Origin: the human T2T-CHM13v2.0 reference genome, Homo sapiens | Assembly (NCBI RefSeq): GCF_009914755.1 | Contig: NC_060933.1 | DNA: 64,000 nucleotides | Strand: one strand, 5' to 3' | In this document: piece after piece, positions 1 to 30,905 of the stretch | How the letters are laid out: each line of letters begins with the position of its first letter | Position numbering within the stretch: position 1 is the stretch's first letter | Made by a program: the position numbers and the translations under genes | Notes under the pieces: model-generated | The model's database searches: none | Told to the model about the DNA's origin: nothing | What the model saw: the letters and a program-made list of their open reading frames with translations, nothing else

Positions 1-82
1 GATTGGTCTAGAACTCCTGAGCTCAAGTGATTCTCCTGACTCCCTAAGTGTTGGGATTACAAGCATGAGCCACCACGCCCAG
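1..82 (-). mobile_element. Alu fragment cut by the window edge
   Basis: gaactcctgagctcaagtgat...gggattacaagcatgagccaccacgcccagc is an antisense Alu left arm. Confidence 0.9.
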
Positions 83-1161
83 CTGCAATTTAATTTTAAA
101 TCAGAGTTCAAAACAATAGAATTTATGCCACTGTGTGTGCCTGCCAAACGAACTGAACAGACAGTAACTGCTCTAATAGTTCAGAGGAGGGAAAGATCAC
201 CTCAGGCTGGGGGCGAGGGATGGGCTTAAGGAGGGGCACTATTTGAGCTGAGTCTGGAAAAACAGCCAGAATTACAGGAAGCAGAGAGGCTACCAGAAAG
301 TGGGTGTAGACCAGACTGAAAGGAGGCAGCATTCTCCTCCTTGGGCCCTGGGAGCTCCTGGGGAGTAAGACTTGAGTCTCCCCCATCTCTGCAACCCCAC
401 TGCAGGTACATAGTAGTGGCAGTTTGTGACATGAACGGGCAAACAGCCAGGGCAGATGCAGCTAACGGGTAGCCCCCAGTGCTTTTTGCACCTCTCCAAG
501 ATTGGGTGACTACCAGTCCCCTGACCCCTTCACCTACCCAATCCTTTCCTGTCCTCGGTTCTTTTCCACTGTCTCCACCCTGGGAAGTGGCATCAACACA
601 GGAGGGCATTGTGCTCCTTCAATGTGGTCTATTCATACACATATAGCCCCTTTCCACTGCTCAGTGTCGGTGATGTGACTCAGAAGGGCCACATTTTCGC
701 TGGGTCCCATCTAAAGGCCTGACACTGCAGTGAAGGGCATGCTAAGTCTAGGCACAGGTCCTGGCAGCAGGAAGGAGACAGAGCCTCTCCCAGGCACACA
801 TCCCCTTCTCTGTTTCTGGAAGAAGACTAAGAAAGGAGTGGGAAATCGCAGGGAGGTCCAGGCCCAGGGCTAATAGGTGGATGGATCTCCTGGGTTCAGT
901 TCCTTCTCTGAGCTGGCTCCCACTCCTCTTCTGGGATGGTGAGGCCCAGGAGACTACATGGGCCACCATGCCCCTGCCCCAATGCTGGAGCATCAGAGAG
1001 AAAGTTGGGGCTGGGTTTTGTTGGAGATGATTCAGCATGTTCAGCCAGCAGGCCCTCCATGGAGGATTCATGTCCAAGGAGGGTGGAGGTCATCCTACTG
1101 ACATCTTGCTCTAGAGGTCCAATGTCCTGCTGTCCGTCTACAGCTTGCTCCAGAGCTGGGA
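83..1161 (-). other. NOL6: NOL6 3' UTR (3' end uncertain, may run past the window start)
   Basis: Unique sequence downstream of the NOL6 stop codon. A candidate ATTAAA poly(A) signal lies on the minus strand at 89-94, just before an Alu. Confidence 0.7.
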
Positions 1162-12339
<11,178 letters not shown>

Positions 12340-12680
12340 CACTCAGGGTCCAGCACTCTCCCGCACTTCAGATTCTAGCCGGGTCTATACCGCATAGCTT
12401 CCCACGTGGGCGGAAATGCCTAACTCCAGGCCCAAGTCCAGCCCACCCCAATTCCTCAGGACTCCACCCACTCCAGAGCTATTGGATTATCAGTCGATTA
12501 CTCGCTTGCCATTGGCCGGGCAGTCTCAAGGCCCGCCCATTAGGGGAGGGGACAAACGGGTTTCTGTGCTTTACGGCCTCTTCGCGACGCTAGAACGGAA
12601 GCCTGCCCGTAGCTAGGCCTTTGCTTTCTTTTCCTCACTTCCTTCGCGTGGCTGCAATCGGGAAGGGCGGAGCTAGTTTG
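12340..12680 (-). promoter_or_regulatory. NOL6: NOL6 5' UTR and TATA-less CpG promoter
   Basis: CpG-rich. Palindromic E-box CCCACGTGGG at 12401-12410 abutting GGGCGGAAA; two CCAAT boxes (attgg at 12481 and 12511); ETS-like CGGAAG near 12596; GC box GGGCGG near 12665. Confidence 0.8.
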
Positions 12681-12922
12681 TTCCTTTTGGTCAGGTTTGT
12701 TTACAGCAGTTATTCCTCCCTTTTTCTTTATTTGCTACACCTTATCAGTTAACAAATCTTGTCAGTTCTACCTCCAAAACATACCTTGAATTTATTCATT
12801 TTTCTGTGTCTTCACTGCCAGGTTTAGCCCGTCACATCATCTTGTTCCCGAATTATTGTTATGACTTTTCTCCAGTTTTTACTTATTACTTAGCTTATTA
12901 CAATTTCAAGTAATTTAGTTAT

Positions 12923-16795
<3,873 letters not shown>

Positions 16796-17650
16796 AGTTG
16801 TCTCTTTTTGCCCTTGACTGTGAATACGTGAAAATGAGGACCATGTGTACATGCCCAATACCTAGCACATTGTAGGTACTTAATAAATGTTTACTGAATG
16901 ATTGTGACCATAGTCAATCCTTTCCGTCTTTCCTTTAACCATTGTCTCCCTCAAATTTTATGCCCCAGTTGCATTGAACTATTTGGGAGTTTTCTTACTC
17001 TAATTTGATTTATTTCCTGGGCCTTTGACCTTGCTGCTCTCTTTGCTCAGAATGTTTTGATTGATAAGATTTACTGGAGAAATGGAGCTTGTGCTAAGTG
17101 TTGAAGCATGGTTTGAATTTGAATTGACAGAGGGGAAGAAGCAGCATCATTGAAGTCTAAGAAAGACCAAAAAGCTGTGAAATGAATTGACTATTCATTC
17201 CATACTTAATGATCAAGCCCCGTGGTCAAGAATGGTCAAGAATTGACGCATTGTAATCTCAGAACTTTGGAAGGCCGAGGTGGGAGTCCAGGAGTTCAAA
17301 ACCAGCCTGGACAACATAGTGAAACTCCATCTCTATAAAAAAATACAAAAATTAGGCCGGGTGTGGTGGCTCACGCCTGTAATCCCAGCACTTTGGAAGG
17401 CTGAGGCGGGTGGATCACCAGGTCAGGAGTTCAAGACCAGCCTGACGAAGATGGTGAAACCTATCTCTACTAAAAATACAAAAATTAGCCAGGCACAGTG
17501 GCAGGTGTAATCCCAGCTACTCAGGAGGCTGAGGCAAGACAATCGCTTGAACCCAGGCAGCAGAGGTTGCAGTGAGCTGAGATTGTGCCACTGCACTCTA
17601 GGCTGGGCAACAAAGTGAGACTGTCTCAAAAATTATATATATAAAAATTA

Positions 17651-17992
<342 letters not shown>

Positions 17993-19611
17993 TCACGCCT
18001 GTAATCCCAGCACTTTGGGAGGCCGAGGTGGGTGGATCACGAGGTCAGGAGTTCAAGACCAGCCTGGCCAAGATGGTGAAACCCCATCTCTATTAAAAAT
18101 ACAAAAAATTAGCCGGCGCGGTGGCAGGCACCTGTAGTCCCAGCTACTCAGGACGCTGAGGAAAGAATCATTTGAAACCGGAGGGTGGAGTTTGCAGTGA
18201 GCCGAGATCGTGCCACTGCACTCCAGCCTGGGTGACAGAGTGAAACTCCGTCTCAAAAAAAAAAAAAAATTAGCTGGGTGTGGTGGCACATACCTGTAGT
18301 CCCAGCTACTCGGGAGGCTGAGGTGGGAGGTGGGATTGCTTGAGCCCGGGAGGTTGAGGCTGCATTGAGCCATGACTGCACCACTGTACTCTAGCCTGGG
18401 TGACAGAGCAGACCTGCCTCAAAAATAAATAAATATATAATTAAAATAAAATTGTATCCTGCCCTAACATTTTCAGTATTAGGCACCTTTTTAGTCACTT
18501 TCACTGGTACTCACCAAAACTTGTAACAATATTATCTACTAACTACTTGTTTTTATCTGTTTCTGTCTCAGAGACAGAAGGTAAGCTCCACAAGGGCAAG
18601 GACCACTTATTTCTGTCTCATTTACTACTGTATCCCTGATATTAGCACAGGGCCTGTCACATAGGAGGCACTCAATAAATTTTTTGAATGAATGAATGAA
18701 TGAATGAATGGCTCATTCTCAACGGCACTTCACAGGCTGAGAGGAAATAGACACATAAATGCAGTGCAGCATGGGTGGTGCTATGATATGCACAGATTGC
18801 CGTGGGCACATTAGAAAGATTACTGTGAGAAAAGGAAAACAGTTCAGAGCAGTCTGAGCTATGTGAGGTATGCAACATTCATCAGGCCCAAGGAGGTGAG
18901 GACAGGACTTCAGTTATGCACCCCTCACACACATGTCCAAAGTCATTTTATGTATTTTTGTTTTGTGCTATTTTGTTTATTTGATACAGGGTCTCCCTCT
19001 ATAGCCCAGGCTGGAATGCACTGGTGCAAACACAGTTACCTGCAAGCCTTGACTTCCTAGGCTCAAGCAATCCTTCTGCCTCAGCCTCCCGAGTAGCTGG
19101 GACCACAGGTACATGCCACCACACCCAGCTAATTAAAAAAATAATTTTTTTTGGCCGGGTGCAGTGGCCAAAGTGCAGTCCCAGCACTTTGAGAGGCCAA
19201 GGTGGGTGGATCACCTGAGGTCAGGAGTTTGAGACCAGCCTGGCCAACATGGTGAAACCCCATCTCTACTAAAAATACAAAAATTAACTGGTCGTGGTGG
19301 CAGGCGCCTGTAATCCCAGCTACTTGGGAGGCTGAGGCAGGAGAAATCGCTTGAACCTGTGAACTGCCAAGAGACGGAGGCTGCAGTGAGCTGAAACCGC
19401 GCCACTGCACTCCAGCCAGGGGGACAAGAGCGAGACTCCGTCTCAAAAAAAAAAAAAAAAAAAATTTTTTTTTTTAAAAGATGGGGTCTTGCCATCTTGC
19501 CCAGGCTGGTCTCAAACTCCTGTGCTCAAATCATCATCCTGCCTCCACCTCCCAAAGTGCGGGGACTTCAGGCATGAGCCACCTCACCTGGCCCAAAGGC
19601 TATTGTTAAAG

Positions 19612-19941
19612 CAGGGGTCTCCATCCCCTGGGCCACAGACCGGTATGGTCGTGGTACAGTCCATGACCTGTTAGGAACCAGCCACACAGTGGGAGGTGAG
19701 CGGCAGGGGCATATTACTGCCTGAGCTCTGCCTCCTGTGAGATCAGCAGGGCATTAGATTCTCATAGGAGCACAAATCCTATTGTGAACTGCGCACGTAA
19801 AGGATCTATGTTGCACACTCCTTATGAGAATCTAACTAATACCTGATGATCTGAAGTGAAACAGTTTCATCCTATTCCCCCCAACCCTGTAAAAAAATTG
19901 TCTTCCACGAAACCTGGTGCCAAAAAGGTTGGGGACCGCTG
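19612..19941. mobile_element. MER1-type hAT-Charlie DNA transposon
   Basis: Terminal inverted repeats caggggtctcca...ttggggaccgctg with a MER1-like body. An AluY has inserted at the right end, duplicating gggaccgctga (19932 and 20241). Confidence 0.8.
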
Positions 19942-20344
19942 ACTTTTTTTTTTTTTTTTTGAGACAGTCTTGCTCTGTCACCCAGGCTGGAGTGCAGTGG
20001 CGGGATCTCTGCTCACTGCAAGCTCCACCTCCTGGGTTCACGCCATTCTTTCCTGCCTCAGCCTCCTGAGTAGATGGGACTACAGGCACCCGCCACCACG
20101 CCCAGCTAATTTTTTGTATTTTTAGTAGAGATGGGGTTTCACCGTGTTAGCCAGGATGGTCTCGATCTCCTGACCTCGTGATCCACCCACCTCGGCCTCC
20201 CAAAGTGCTGGGATTACAGCGTGAGCCACCGCGCCCAGCAGGGACCGCTGATTTAAAGGCATTTGGCCAGGTATAGTGGTTCATGTCTGTAATCTCCCCA
20301 CTTTGGGAGGCTAAGGCAGGAGGATGGCTTGAGGTCAGGAGTTA

Positions 20345-20590
<246 letters not shown>

Positions 20591-21201
20591 TCACTTAAAC
20601 CCAGGAGGTGGAGGTTGCTCCAGCCTGGGCAAGAAGAGCAAAACTCTGACACACACAAAAAAATAAAATAAAAAATAAAAAATAAATAAATAATTAGCTG
20701 GGCTTGGTGTTGCACAAGCCCAGCTAATTATTGGTCCTAGCTACTAGGGGTGCTGAGGTGGGAGGATTGCGAAAGCCCAGGAGGTTGAGGCTTCAGTGAG
20801 CCAAGATCGCACCACTACACTTAAGGGAAACAGTGAGACCCTGTCTCAGAAATAAATGAATAAATAAATACAAATAAAAGCATTTTGATCCTGACTAGCT
20901 GCCTCACCCATTATCTTCATGTTCCTGGAACTTGTGATACAAAACACAAGGGTATAGGCCAGGCTCAATGGCTCACGCCTGTAATCCTAGCACTTTGGGA
21001 GGCCAAGGTGGGTGGATCACTTGAGCTGTGGAGTTCAAGACCACCCTGGCCAACATGGTAAAACCCCATCTCTACTAAAAATACAAAAAAAAAAAAAAAT
21101 TAGCTGGGGCTGGGCGTGGTGGCTCACACCTGTAATCCCAGCAATTTGGGAGGCCGAGGCAGGCAGATCACGAGGTCAGGAGATCGAGACCATCCTGGCT
21201 A

Positions 21202-21384
<183 letters not shown>

Positions 21385-21387
21385 TCA

Positions 21388-21573
<186 letters not shown>

Positions 21574-21857
21574 TCAAAAAAAAAAAAAAAAAAAAAAAGG
21601 TAGGTATAGCCAATCTATAGTTTGTTATTTTAATGTAAACTTTTGGTAAACAACTTGGAAACTGCATCTTCTTTTTTACTTTAAATACTCACTTGTTGGC
21701 TGGACATGGTGGCTCACACCTGTAATTCCAGCTGTTTGGGAGGTGGAAGCAGGAGCTCAAAGAGTTCAAGACTAGCCTGGGCAACACAGCAAGACCAAAT
21801 AAATAAATAAAAAGTTCAAAAAAACCCTCAAAACATTTGTCATGTTGGGGGCAGTAG

Positions 21858-22336
<479 letters not shown>

Positions 22337-22874
22337 TGATCTTGGCTTATTGCAACCTGTAACTCCATCTCTGACTCTGATTCAAGTGATTCTCCTGCCT
22401 CAGCCTCCCGAGTAGCTGGGACTGCAGGCACGCACCACTATGCCCAGATAATTTTTGTATTTTTGGTAGAGACGGGGTTTCATCATGTTGGTCAGGTTGC
22501 TCTCGATCTCCTGACTTTGTGATCCTCCTGCCTCAGCTTCCCAAAGTGCTGGGATTACAGGTGTGAGCCACGGCGCCCAGCCTGTGGCACTTCTTAAACT
22601 GGTTATCTTTCTTTCAAAAAGAAAAGATATGGAAATCTTGGCAAGATAAACAGGAGGGAACAATATTTGCTTTAGGAAGGTTAATTCTGACCTTATAAAC
22701 AATGACTTTTACGGGGATCAAACTTTTTTTTTTTTTTTTGAGACAGTCTCATTCTGTTGCCCAGGCTGGAGTGCAGTGTTATGATCTCAGTGCAATGCGA
22801 CCTCCACCTCCCGAGTTCAAGCCATTCTCCTGCCTCAGTCTCCTGAGTAGCTGGACTACAGGTGCCCGCCATGA

Positions 22875-23141
<267 letters not shown>

Positions 23142-23237
23142 TGATCTGCCCGCCTCAGCCTCCCAAAGTGCTGGGATTATAGGCGTGAGCCACCGTGCCC
23201 AGCTAATTTTTGTATTTTTAATAGAGACGGGGTTTCA

Positions 23238-24126
23238 AGTAGGTGAAAAACCTCTACAAGGAAAACTACAAAACGCTGATGAAAGAAGTTGAAGAGGACA
23301 TAAAGAAATGGAAATCAAATCCATGCTCATGGATCAGAAAATATTAATACTGTTAAAATGACCATACAACCCAAAGCAATCTACAGATTTAATAAAATCT
23401 CTATCAAAATACCAATGTCATTTTTCACAGAAGTAGAAAAAATAATCCTAAAATTCATATGGAACAAAAAAAGAGTTCAAATAGCCAAAGCAATCCTAAG
23501 CAGAAAGAAAGCTGGAGACATTATACTATCTGACTCCAACATATATTACAAGGCTCTAGTGACCAAAACATCATGGTATTGGTATAAAAACAGGTATAAA
23601 ATGAAACAGAATAGAAAACTCAGAAATAGATCCATACATTTGCAGCCAATTGATTTTCAACAAAGGTGTCAAGGACATTCACTGGGGAAAGGACATTCTC
23701 TTCAATAAATAGTGCTGGGAAAAGTGGATATCCATATGCAAAAGAACGCAACTAACCTCCTACCTTTCACTATATGCAAAAATCAACTCGAGATGGATTA
23801 AAGACTTAACCATAAGGCCTGAAACCATAAAACTACTAGAAGAAAACATAGGGGGAAGCACTTCAGGACACTGGTCTAGGAAAAGATTTTATGGCTAAGA
23901 CTTCAAAAGCACAGGCAACAAAAACAAAAGTAGACAAATTGGATTATATTAAACTACAAAGCTTCTGCACAGCAGAGGAAACAACACAGTGAAGAGACAA
24001 CCTGTTGAATGGGAGAAAATATCTGCAAACTGTTCATCCAACAAGGAATTAACATCCAGAATACACAAGGAACTCAAATACCTCAACAGTAAAACATGAT
24101 AATAATTCCATTTAAAAGTGGGCAAA
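23238..24126 (+). mobile_element. L1 ORF2 3' fragment (old L1M/L1P)
   Basis: ORF 23358-23708 ([19 protein letters not shown]...[10 protein letters not shown]) is L1 ORF2-like and degenerate. Confidence 0.92.
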
Positions 24127-24408
24127 GGGTCAGGCATTATGGCTCATGCCTGTAATCCTAGCACTTTGGGAGGCTGATGCAGATGGACTGCTTGAGCCCA
24201 GGAGTTTGAGACCAGCCTGGGCAACATAGAAAAACCCCATCTCTACAAAAAAATACAAAAATTAGACTGAGTCTGGTGATTCATGCCTGTAATCCCAGCA
24301 CTTGGGGAGGCCAAGGCAGTAGGATCGCTTGAGCCCAAGAGTTCAAGACCAGCCTGGGAACATAGTCACTAGTTACAGAGAACAGGAATCTATAAACTCA
24401 TACCTTAT

Positions 24409-24468
<60 letters not shown>

Positions 24469-24969
24469 CAGAGTATACACAGGCTCATGCCTGTAATCCC
24501 AGCACTTTGGTAGACTGAGGCAGGTACATCACTTGAGTTCAGGAGTTCCAGAACAGCAACATGATGAAACCTGTCTCTACAAAAAAAATTAGGCAGCTGT
24601 GGTGGTGGCCGCCTGTGGTCCCAGCTACTGGCTACTCATGAGGCTGATACAGGAGGATCACTTGGGCCTTTCCTGCTTGCTTCACTGAAGGCATCAGGCT
24701 GTTTCATGGCTGGGATCAACTCTTCTCAAAGCAGGTCCTAGCAGGACTGGGTGTCCACACCCAGGATATGGGTCCTGCAGAGAGTTTGTAATACCCCGCG
24801 ATCTTGGGGGAGGAGCAGGGGCTGGTGCCTTGAGGACTTACTGTCCTTCTGACCAGTCCTGATGTTTCCAAGGCACTGGGGTTTTCAGGACTGGATAAGA
24901 CTGTTCTAAGGCCACAGTGTGGCAACTGCAGCGAGTCACAGGCCAAATCCTCAACTCGGGCACTGTCTA

Positions 24970-25245
<276 letters not shown>

Positions 25246-25494
25246 CTATATATATGTGTGTGTGTGTGTGTGTATATACACACACACACACACACACACA
25301 TATACACTCACACAACCAAGTACTATTCAGCCAGGCTGGTCTTGAACTCCTGACCTCAAGTGATTGGCCCACGTTGGCCTCCCAAACTGCTGGGATTACA
25401 GGAGTGAGCCACCACACCCGGCCCTCTTTTCTTTATGAATTACCTAGTGTCAGGTATTCCTTTATAGCAAGGCAAGAACTAACACAATCCCGTA

Positions 25495-26520
25495 GGACAA
25501 AATAAATATCCATAAATCCATATGGACATACATAAATAATTCAGTAAATAAGTGTATGAGAAAAGACACTTCTTCCTTACAAAATTCCAATTAATGTAGA
25601 AGGAATGAGTAAAATACAAAATCCCCACTTGAACACCACATTAGTAACCGTTGACAAGATCCACCAAGGAATGCGAAAATCAGCAGCCAAAAGTTTGAGA
25701 AGAAACAGGATGCTATCACAGTCTCAAAGCATCTCTAAGATGTTTATCATTTGCAAAGGGAGAAAAGAAACTTTACAATAAAGAAACCGGGGAGATGCCA
25801 CCTTAACCAAATGATCGCAGTAAGTATCACTAATAAGCCACATTGGCATCCTGTACCCGATAGGAAATAACAAGAGCATTTCACCTTGTGTTCTTCTTCC
25901 CTCCAACCCATCACCTCAGTCTAATCATGAGGAAAACATGGACAAACCCAAACTGAGGATCATTTTACAAAACAGCTGACCAGTACTCATCAAGAGTCCA
26001 TGAAAGACTAGGAAATACGGAGCAATTGTCACAGACTGGAGGAAACTGAGGGGACATAGAAACGAATGCAATGTGGGATCTTAGATTATATCCTAGAACA
26101 TTAAAAAGGCATGGTAGGGGGTGGGGGAGGAGACGGTGAAAATCAAAGGGCTGTAGTTTAATTCATAGTATTGTATCAAAGTTAATTTCCTCATTTTGAT
26201 TATTGAACTATAGTTATATAAGTTTTTAACATCGGGGAAGCAAAGTGGTAGATATATGTGAACTCTGTACTATTTCTGCAACTTTTCTGTCAGTCTAAAA
26301 TTATTTCAGAAATAAAATAAATATGCATGCATGCACAAAATAGTAACTGTGAAGAGGTGATAATAGGTTAATTAGCTTGATTGTGATGATCATTTCACAA
26401 TGCATGTGTGTATCAACCATCAAATTGTACACCATATATAATTTTATGTCACTAAATCTGTTAAAATATATAAAAATAAATGAATTAATCAAATAAAAAA
26501 TAAAATAACTTAAAAATAAG
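25495..26520 (+). mobile_element. Old L1 (L1MC/L1M) 3' UTR fragments, preceded by a MaLR LTR end (about 25425-25490)
   Basis: Motifs such as caccttaaccaaatgatc, gaactctgtactatttctgcaacttttctg and gttaattagcttgattgtg. Confidence 0.65.
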
Positions 26521-26818
26521 AATAAGCTCCATCTGAAGCACTACTTGCATAGTGCACATGAAAAACCACATTCTGCTGCTGCTGGCTGGAGGACTTGAAC
26601 ACCATTCAGAATTTCCCCTAACACTGTGCAGCTCTTATCTAAAACCATAACTACAAAATTGCTGGCAAGGTACTCTCCCTGGTCCTCAATTTTCCACACC
26701 TATAAAATGAAAGCATTAGGAAAACAGATATTTTTCTTTCTAGTTTTGATATTCTATGCTTTGTGCTTCATAATTCCTTACTCTTCTTAGCTTGGCCTTC
26801 ATTGCCAAGTTAGGCTAA

Positions 26819-27256
<438 letters not shown>

Positions 27257-28490
27257 TAAATTTCAATATCTCAGAAAGCTAATTAAAGATCTTAATCTCA
27301 TTTAAATCTCTTCATTTTACACAATAATAACAGTGAACACATGGTGAAATCTGGCCCATTTAACTCAGAAACTTCATTTTAGGACAATATTTCAAACTCC
27401 TTTCCCATCTAGGCATTTTTCAGTGGCCAGACATGTGGCACACCTGACTCCCTTCACCTCCCTCTTAGTGAAGGTTTAAGGATTAGAGATGTACTCAAAG
27501 CCAGAACTCAGTGGCCTACATCACCAATGCTTGGATTACTATGAGCTCACCCAGAGTCTAAAAGAACGATTCTCCTTATGCCCATTGTGACCCTGGAGAA
27601 ATTACTTCTCTCCTCAGTTGTTGTTTCTCACTTAGCATCTCATTTTGAAAATCTTTGTTTCGCTGTGGCCACTATGACATCTGCTCCACTGAGCTTTCTG
27701 GCTTTAATTTTTTCCCCTTCAATCAGTTCCAGATAGCCCTACTGAAGTAGTGCCAGAAACTTGCATTGCTATTCCACTCTTTAAACTCTAAGGATTTCTC
27801 ATCTAAATATTAACCACTACTCCAACATTCCTGCATTTGTGGTCATCTTGTCAGCACATCTCGCTGACCTAAATGAAGAAATTCCTGTTCCTTTTACTCC
27901 AGATTATCCATATAATTCTTCCTAAAGCTATTCTTGGGATATACTGAGGAAAGTACTTCAATTTTGGAGTCTGCTGATCTAGGGTTTAAGTGTTGGCTGC
28001 ACCACTTACTTAGCAAATTTCAGAAAGGTATTAAATTCCTATAAATGAGAATGTCTACTTTATAAGGTGTTTCAAAAATTCAATGATAATGTATGTGATA
28101 TTCACACCACAGGGCCAGTCTGTCAAGCAGTACCCTGTCACTGGTGGCTAAGAAGATGAAGATAACTACCCATGGGATTCCATGAACAGAGCAGTCATCT
28201 CTACTGACCTCAGCCACAAAACACCAGCCTTTCTAGCTTCCCTGGATCCTTTGCTAACTGTGTTTTTTTCTGGGATAGTATGTGGTTCTCTATTTGGCTT
28301 GAGAACAGAACACTCCTTCAAATGGTTGAAGTATCTTCATTATATACATGGTCTGCACTTTATCATACTAATTTTTTTTTCGAGGCAAGTTCTCACTCTG
28401 TCGTCCAGGCTGGAGTGCAGTGGCATGATCACAGATCACTGCAGCCTTGAACTCATGGGCTCAAGTGATCCTCCTGCCTCAGCCTCCTGA

Positions 28491-28673
<183 letters not shown>

Positions 28674-28679
28674 TAAATT

Positions 28680-29130
28680 TTTTTTCTTATGCTAAAATAC
28701 ACAAAAATGTACCATCTTAACCATGTTTAATTGTGCAACTCTGTAGTGTGAAGTACATTCACATTGTTATGTAGCCATCGCTACTATCAATCCCCTGAAC
28801 TTTTAAAAGAATCATCCCAAACAGAAAGTCTATACCAATTAAACACTAACTATTCTTCCCTACCCCCAGCCCCTGGAAACTACTGTCTGTCTGTATGAAT
28901 TTGCCTATTCTAGGTACCTCACATGAGTGGAATCATATATTTGTCCTTCCGTGACCTGCTTATTTCACTTAGTATAATGTCCTCAAGGTTCATCTATGTT
29001 GTAGCATATGTAAGAATTGTACTTCTTTTTAAGGCTGAATCATATTCCATTGTACATATATACCTCATGTTGTTTATCCATTCATCCACAGATGAACATT
29101 TGGGTTGCTTCCACATTTTGGCTATTGTGA
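28680..29130 (-). mobile_element. L1M(B) 3' end, antisense
   Basis: tgtaccatcttaaccatg...gaatttgcctattctaggtacctcacatgagtggaatcata...ccacattttggctattgtga. Confidence 0.8.
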
Positions 29131-29791
29131 CTTTATCCTGTTTTATATTCTGCAGCAATTTACATCTTTATTTTCAGAACTATTAAGTTTCTTCATATTA
29201 ACAGTCATAGGAAGAGAGTCGTGAAAGACTTTTATTTGATTTCATCTTTTGGCCATTCTTTTTTTTTTTTTTTTTTTGGCAGCCACAAAGACTGGGATTT
29301 CTAATTCTATGTTATGATAAGTAGACAATTTAAGCCATCTATCTTTTTTTTCTGTTTCCTTTTCAAAAAAAAGAAAATAGTATTTTTCTAAAATATGATC
29401 ATGTCAATTTGGTCTATTTTTATACGTGTTAAAGAGAGCACTAACAGACAAAAGAATAACAATATAGCAATTAGGTATTTAGTTTTTTTAAAAAAGAAAA
29501 AAAGGTAGAGGATGGGGCAATAGATAGCCTGCCTCTTCTCTAACCAAGTTGTGAACTATTTAAGAAATTGACAATAAAGAGTATGGCATATGGAGGCCAG
29601 AACATTCCTTTTATTATGAACAAAGTTGATTTGGGAGAATGCAGCTTATCTCTACTTGCAGGCAGGTGGCCATCTTAATTCTATACCCCAGAATTAAACA
29701 GGTCTCTCAGCCACTCATAGACATGTCTCCTGGAGGGAAGGAAAAATTATCAACTGACAAACAGTCTGATTAAATGCTTGTCTTTTATACC

Positions 29792-30192
29792 TGCTATGGT
29801 TTCAATGTGCCTCATCTAAAACTAAGTGTTGCTAATGTGATACTATTAAGAGGTGGGGCCTTTAAAAGGTGATTAGGCCACGAGGGCTCCTATCTTGTGA
29901 ATGGGATTAGGTGCCCTTATAAAAGGGCTTGAAAGAGGGAGTTCATCCCTTTTTGTTCTTCTGCCTTCTGTTATATGAGGACACAGCATTCTTCCCCCAC
30001 TCCTCAAGGATGCAACAATCAAGGCGCCATCTTGGAAGCAGAGAGACTAGACACTCACCAGATAAATGAACCTGCCAGTGCCTTCATCTTGGACTTCCTA
30101 ACTTCCAGGACTGTGAGGAAACAAATTCCTGTTCTTTATAAATTACCCAGTCTGTGGTATCCTGTTATAGCAGCTCAAAACAGACTAACGCA
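29792..30192 (+). mobile_element. MaLR solo LTR (MST/MLT1 type)
   Basis: Starts tgctatggtttcaatgtg, contains gccatcttggaagcagaga, ends gttatagcagctcaaaacagactaacgca. Confidence 0.85.
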
Positions 30193-30729
30193 ATGCCCGC
30201 AACCCACTTCTCTGCCTTGGTACCCATCATATTGTGTAGCAATGAATCTTGGCTTGTCTCTTTCCAATAAGCATGTTGCTTTCATCCATTCTTCCACCGA
30301 CTCAACTGGTTTCATTGAGTGCCTGTTTTGGGCCTAGCAGTACACTAGGTCTTGCATTCAAGACCTCACAGAGGTGGCAGAAACTGACACGACACCTACC
30401 CTTAAGGAGAGAATAGAAAATATTGCAAAGGAGACAGAGTGCGGCATTAGACAATAAGAAGGGCAGAGTGACTTAACAAAGTGGGAGAAGGCTTTTCATG
30501 GGAAGTCACATTTTTGATGATGCCTCAAGTTCAAGGAGTACTTCACCAGTATATTATACTCTGGTGTCCAGTAGAGGCGTATAGCACGTAGCAGAGCTCA
30601 ATAAATGCTTAACAAATGAATGAATGAGTGATATATGTGAAAGCACTTTATACGCAAAGTACCACACAGATGTTAACCATTATCCTTTAGTTAATATGGA
30701 GAGATCTACTTTTATTCAGCTTCTCTGAA

Positions 30730-30905
30730 ACACCAAAAATATATATGGCAGTGTCTGGAGACATTGTGAGTTGTCACAACTGGAGTTGAGGGGAGATGTG
30801 GTAATGAAATCTAGTGAGTAGAGACCACAGTTGCTTCGAAACATCCTATAGTATACAGGGCAATCCCCCAAAATGTCAATAATGCCACTATTAAGAAATC
30901 TGATT
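30730..30905. mobile_element. MER20-like DNA transposon remnant
   Basis: ggcagtgtctggagacattg...gtagagaccacag...caaaatgtcaataatgcca. Confidence 0.65.

Noticed and set aside
23358-23708. 116-aa ORF2-like ORF as a functional gene or active L1
   Set aside because: Short, stop-ridden L1 fragment.
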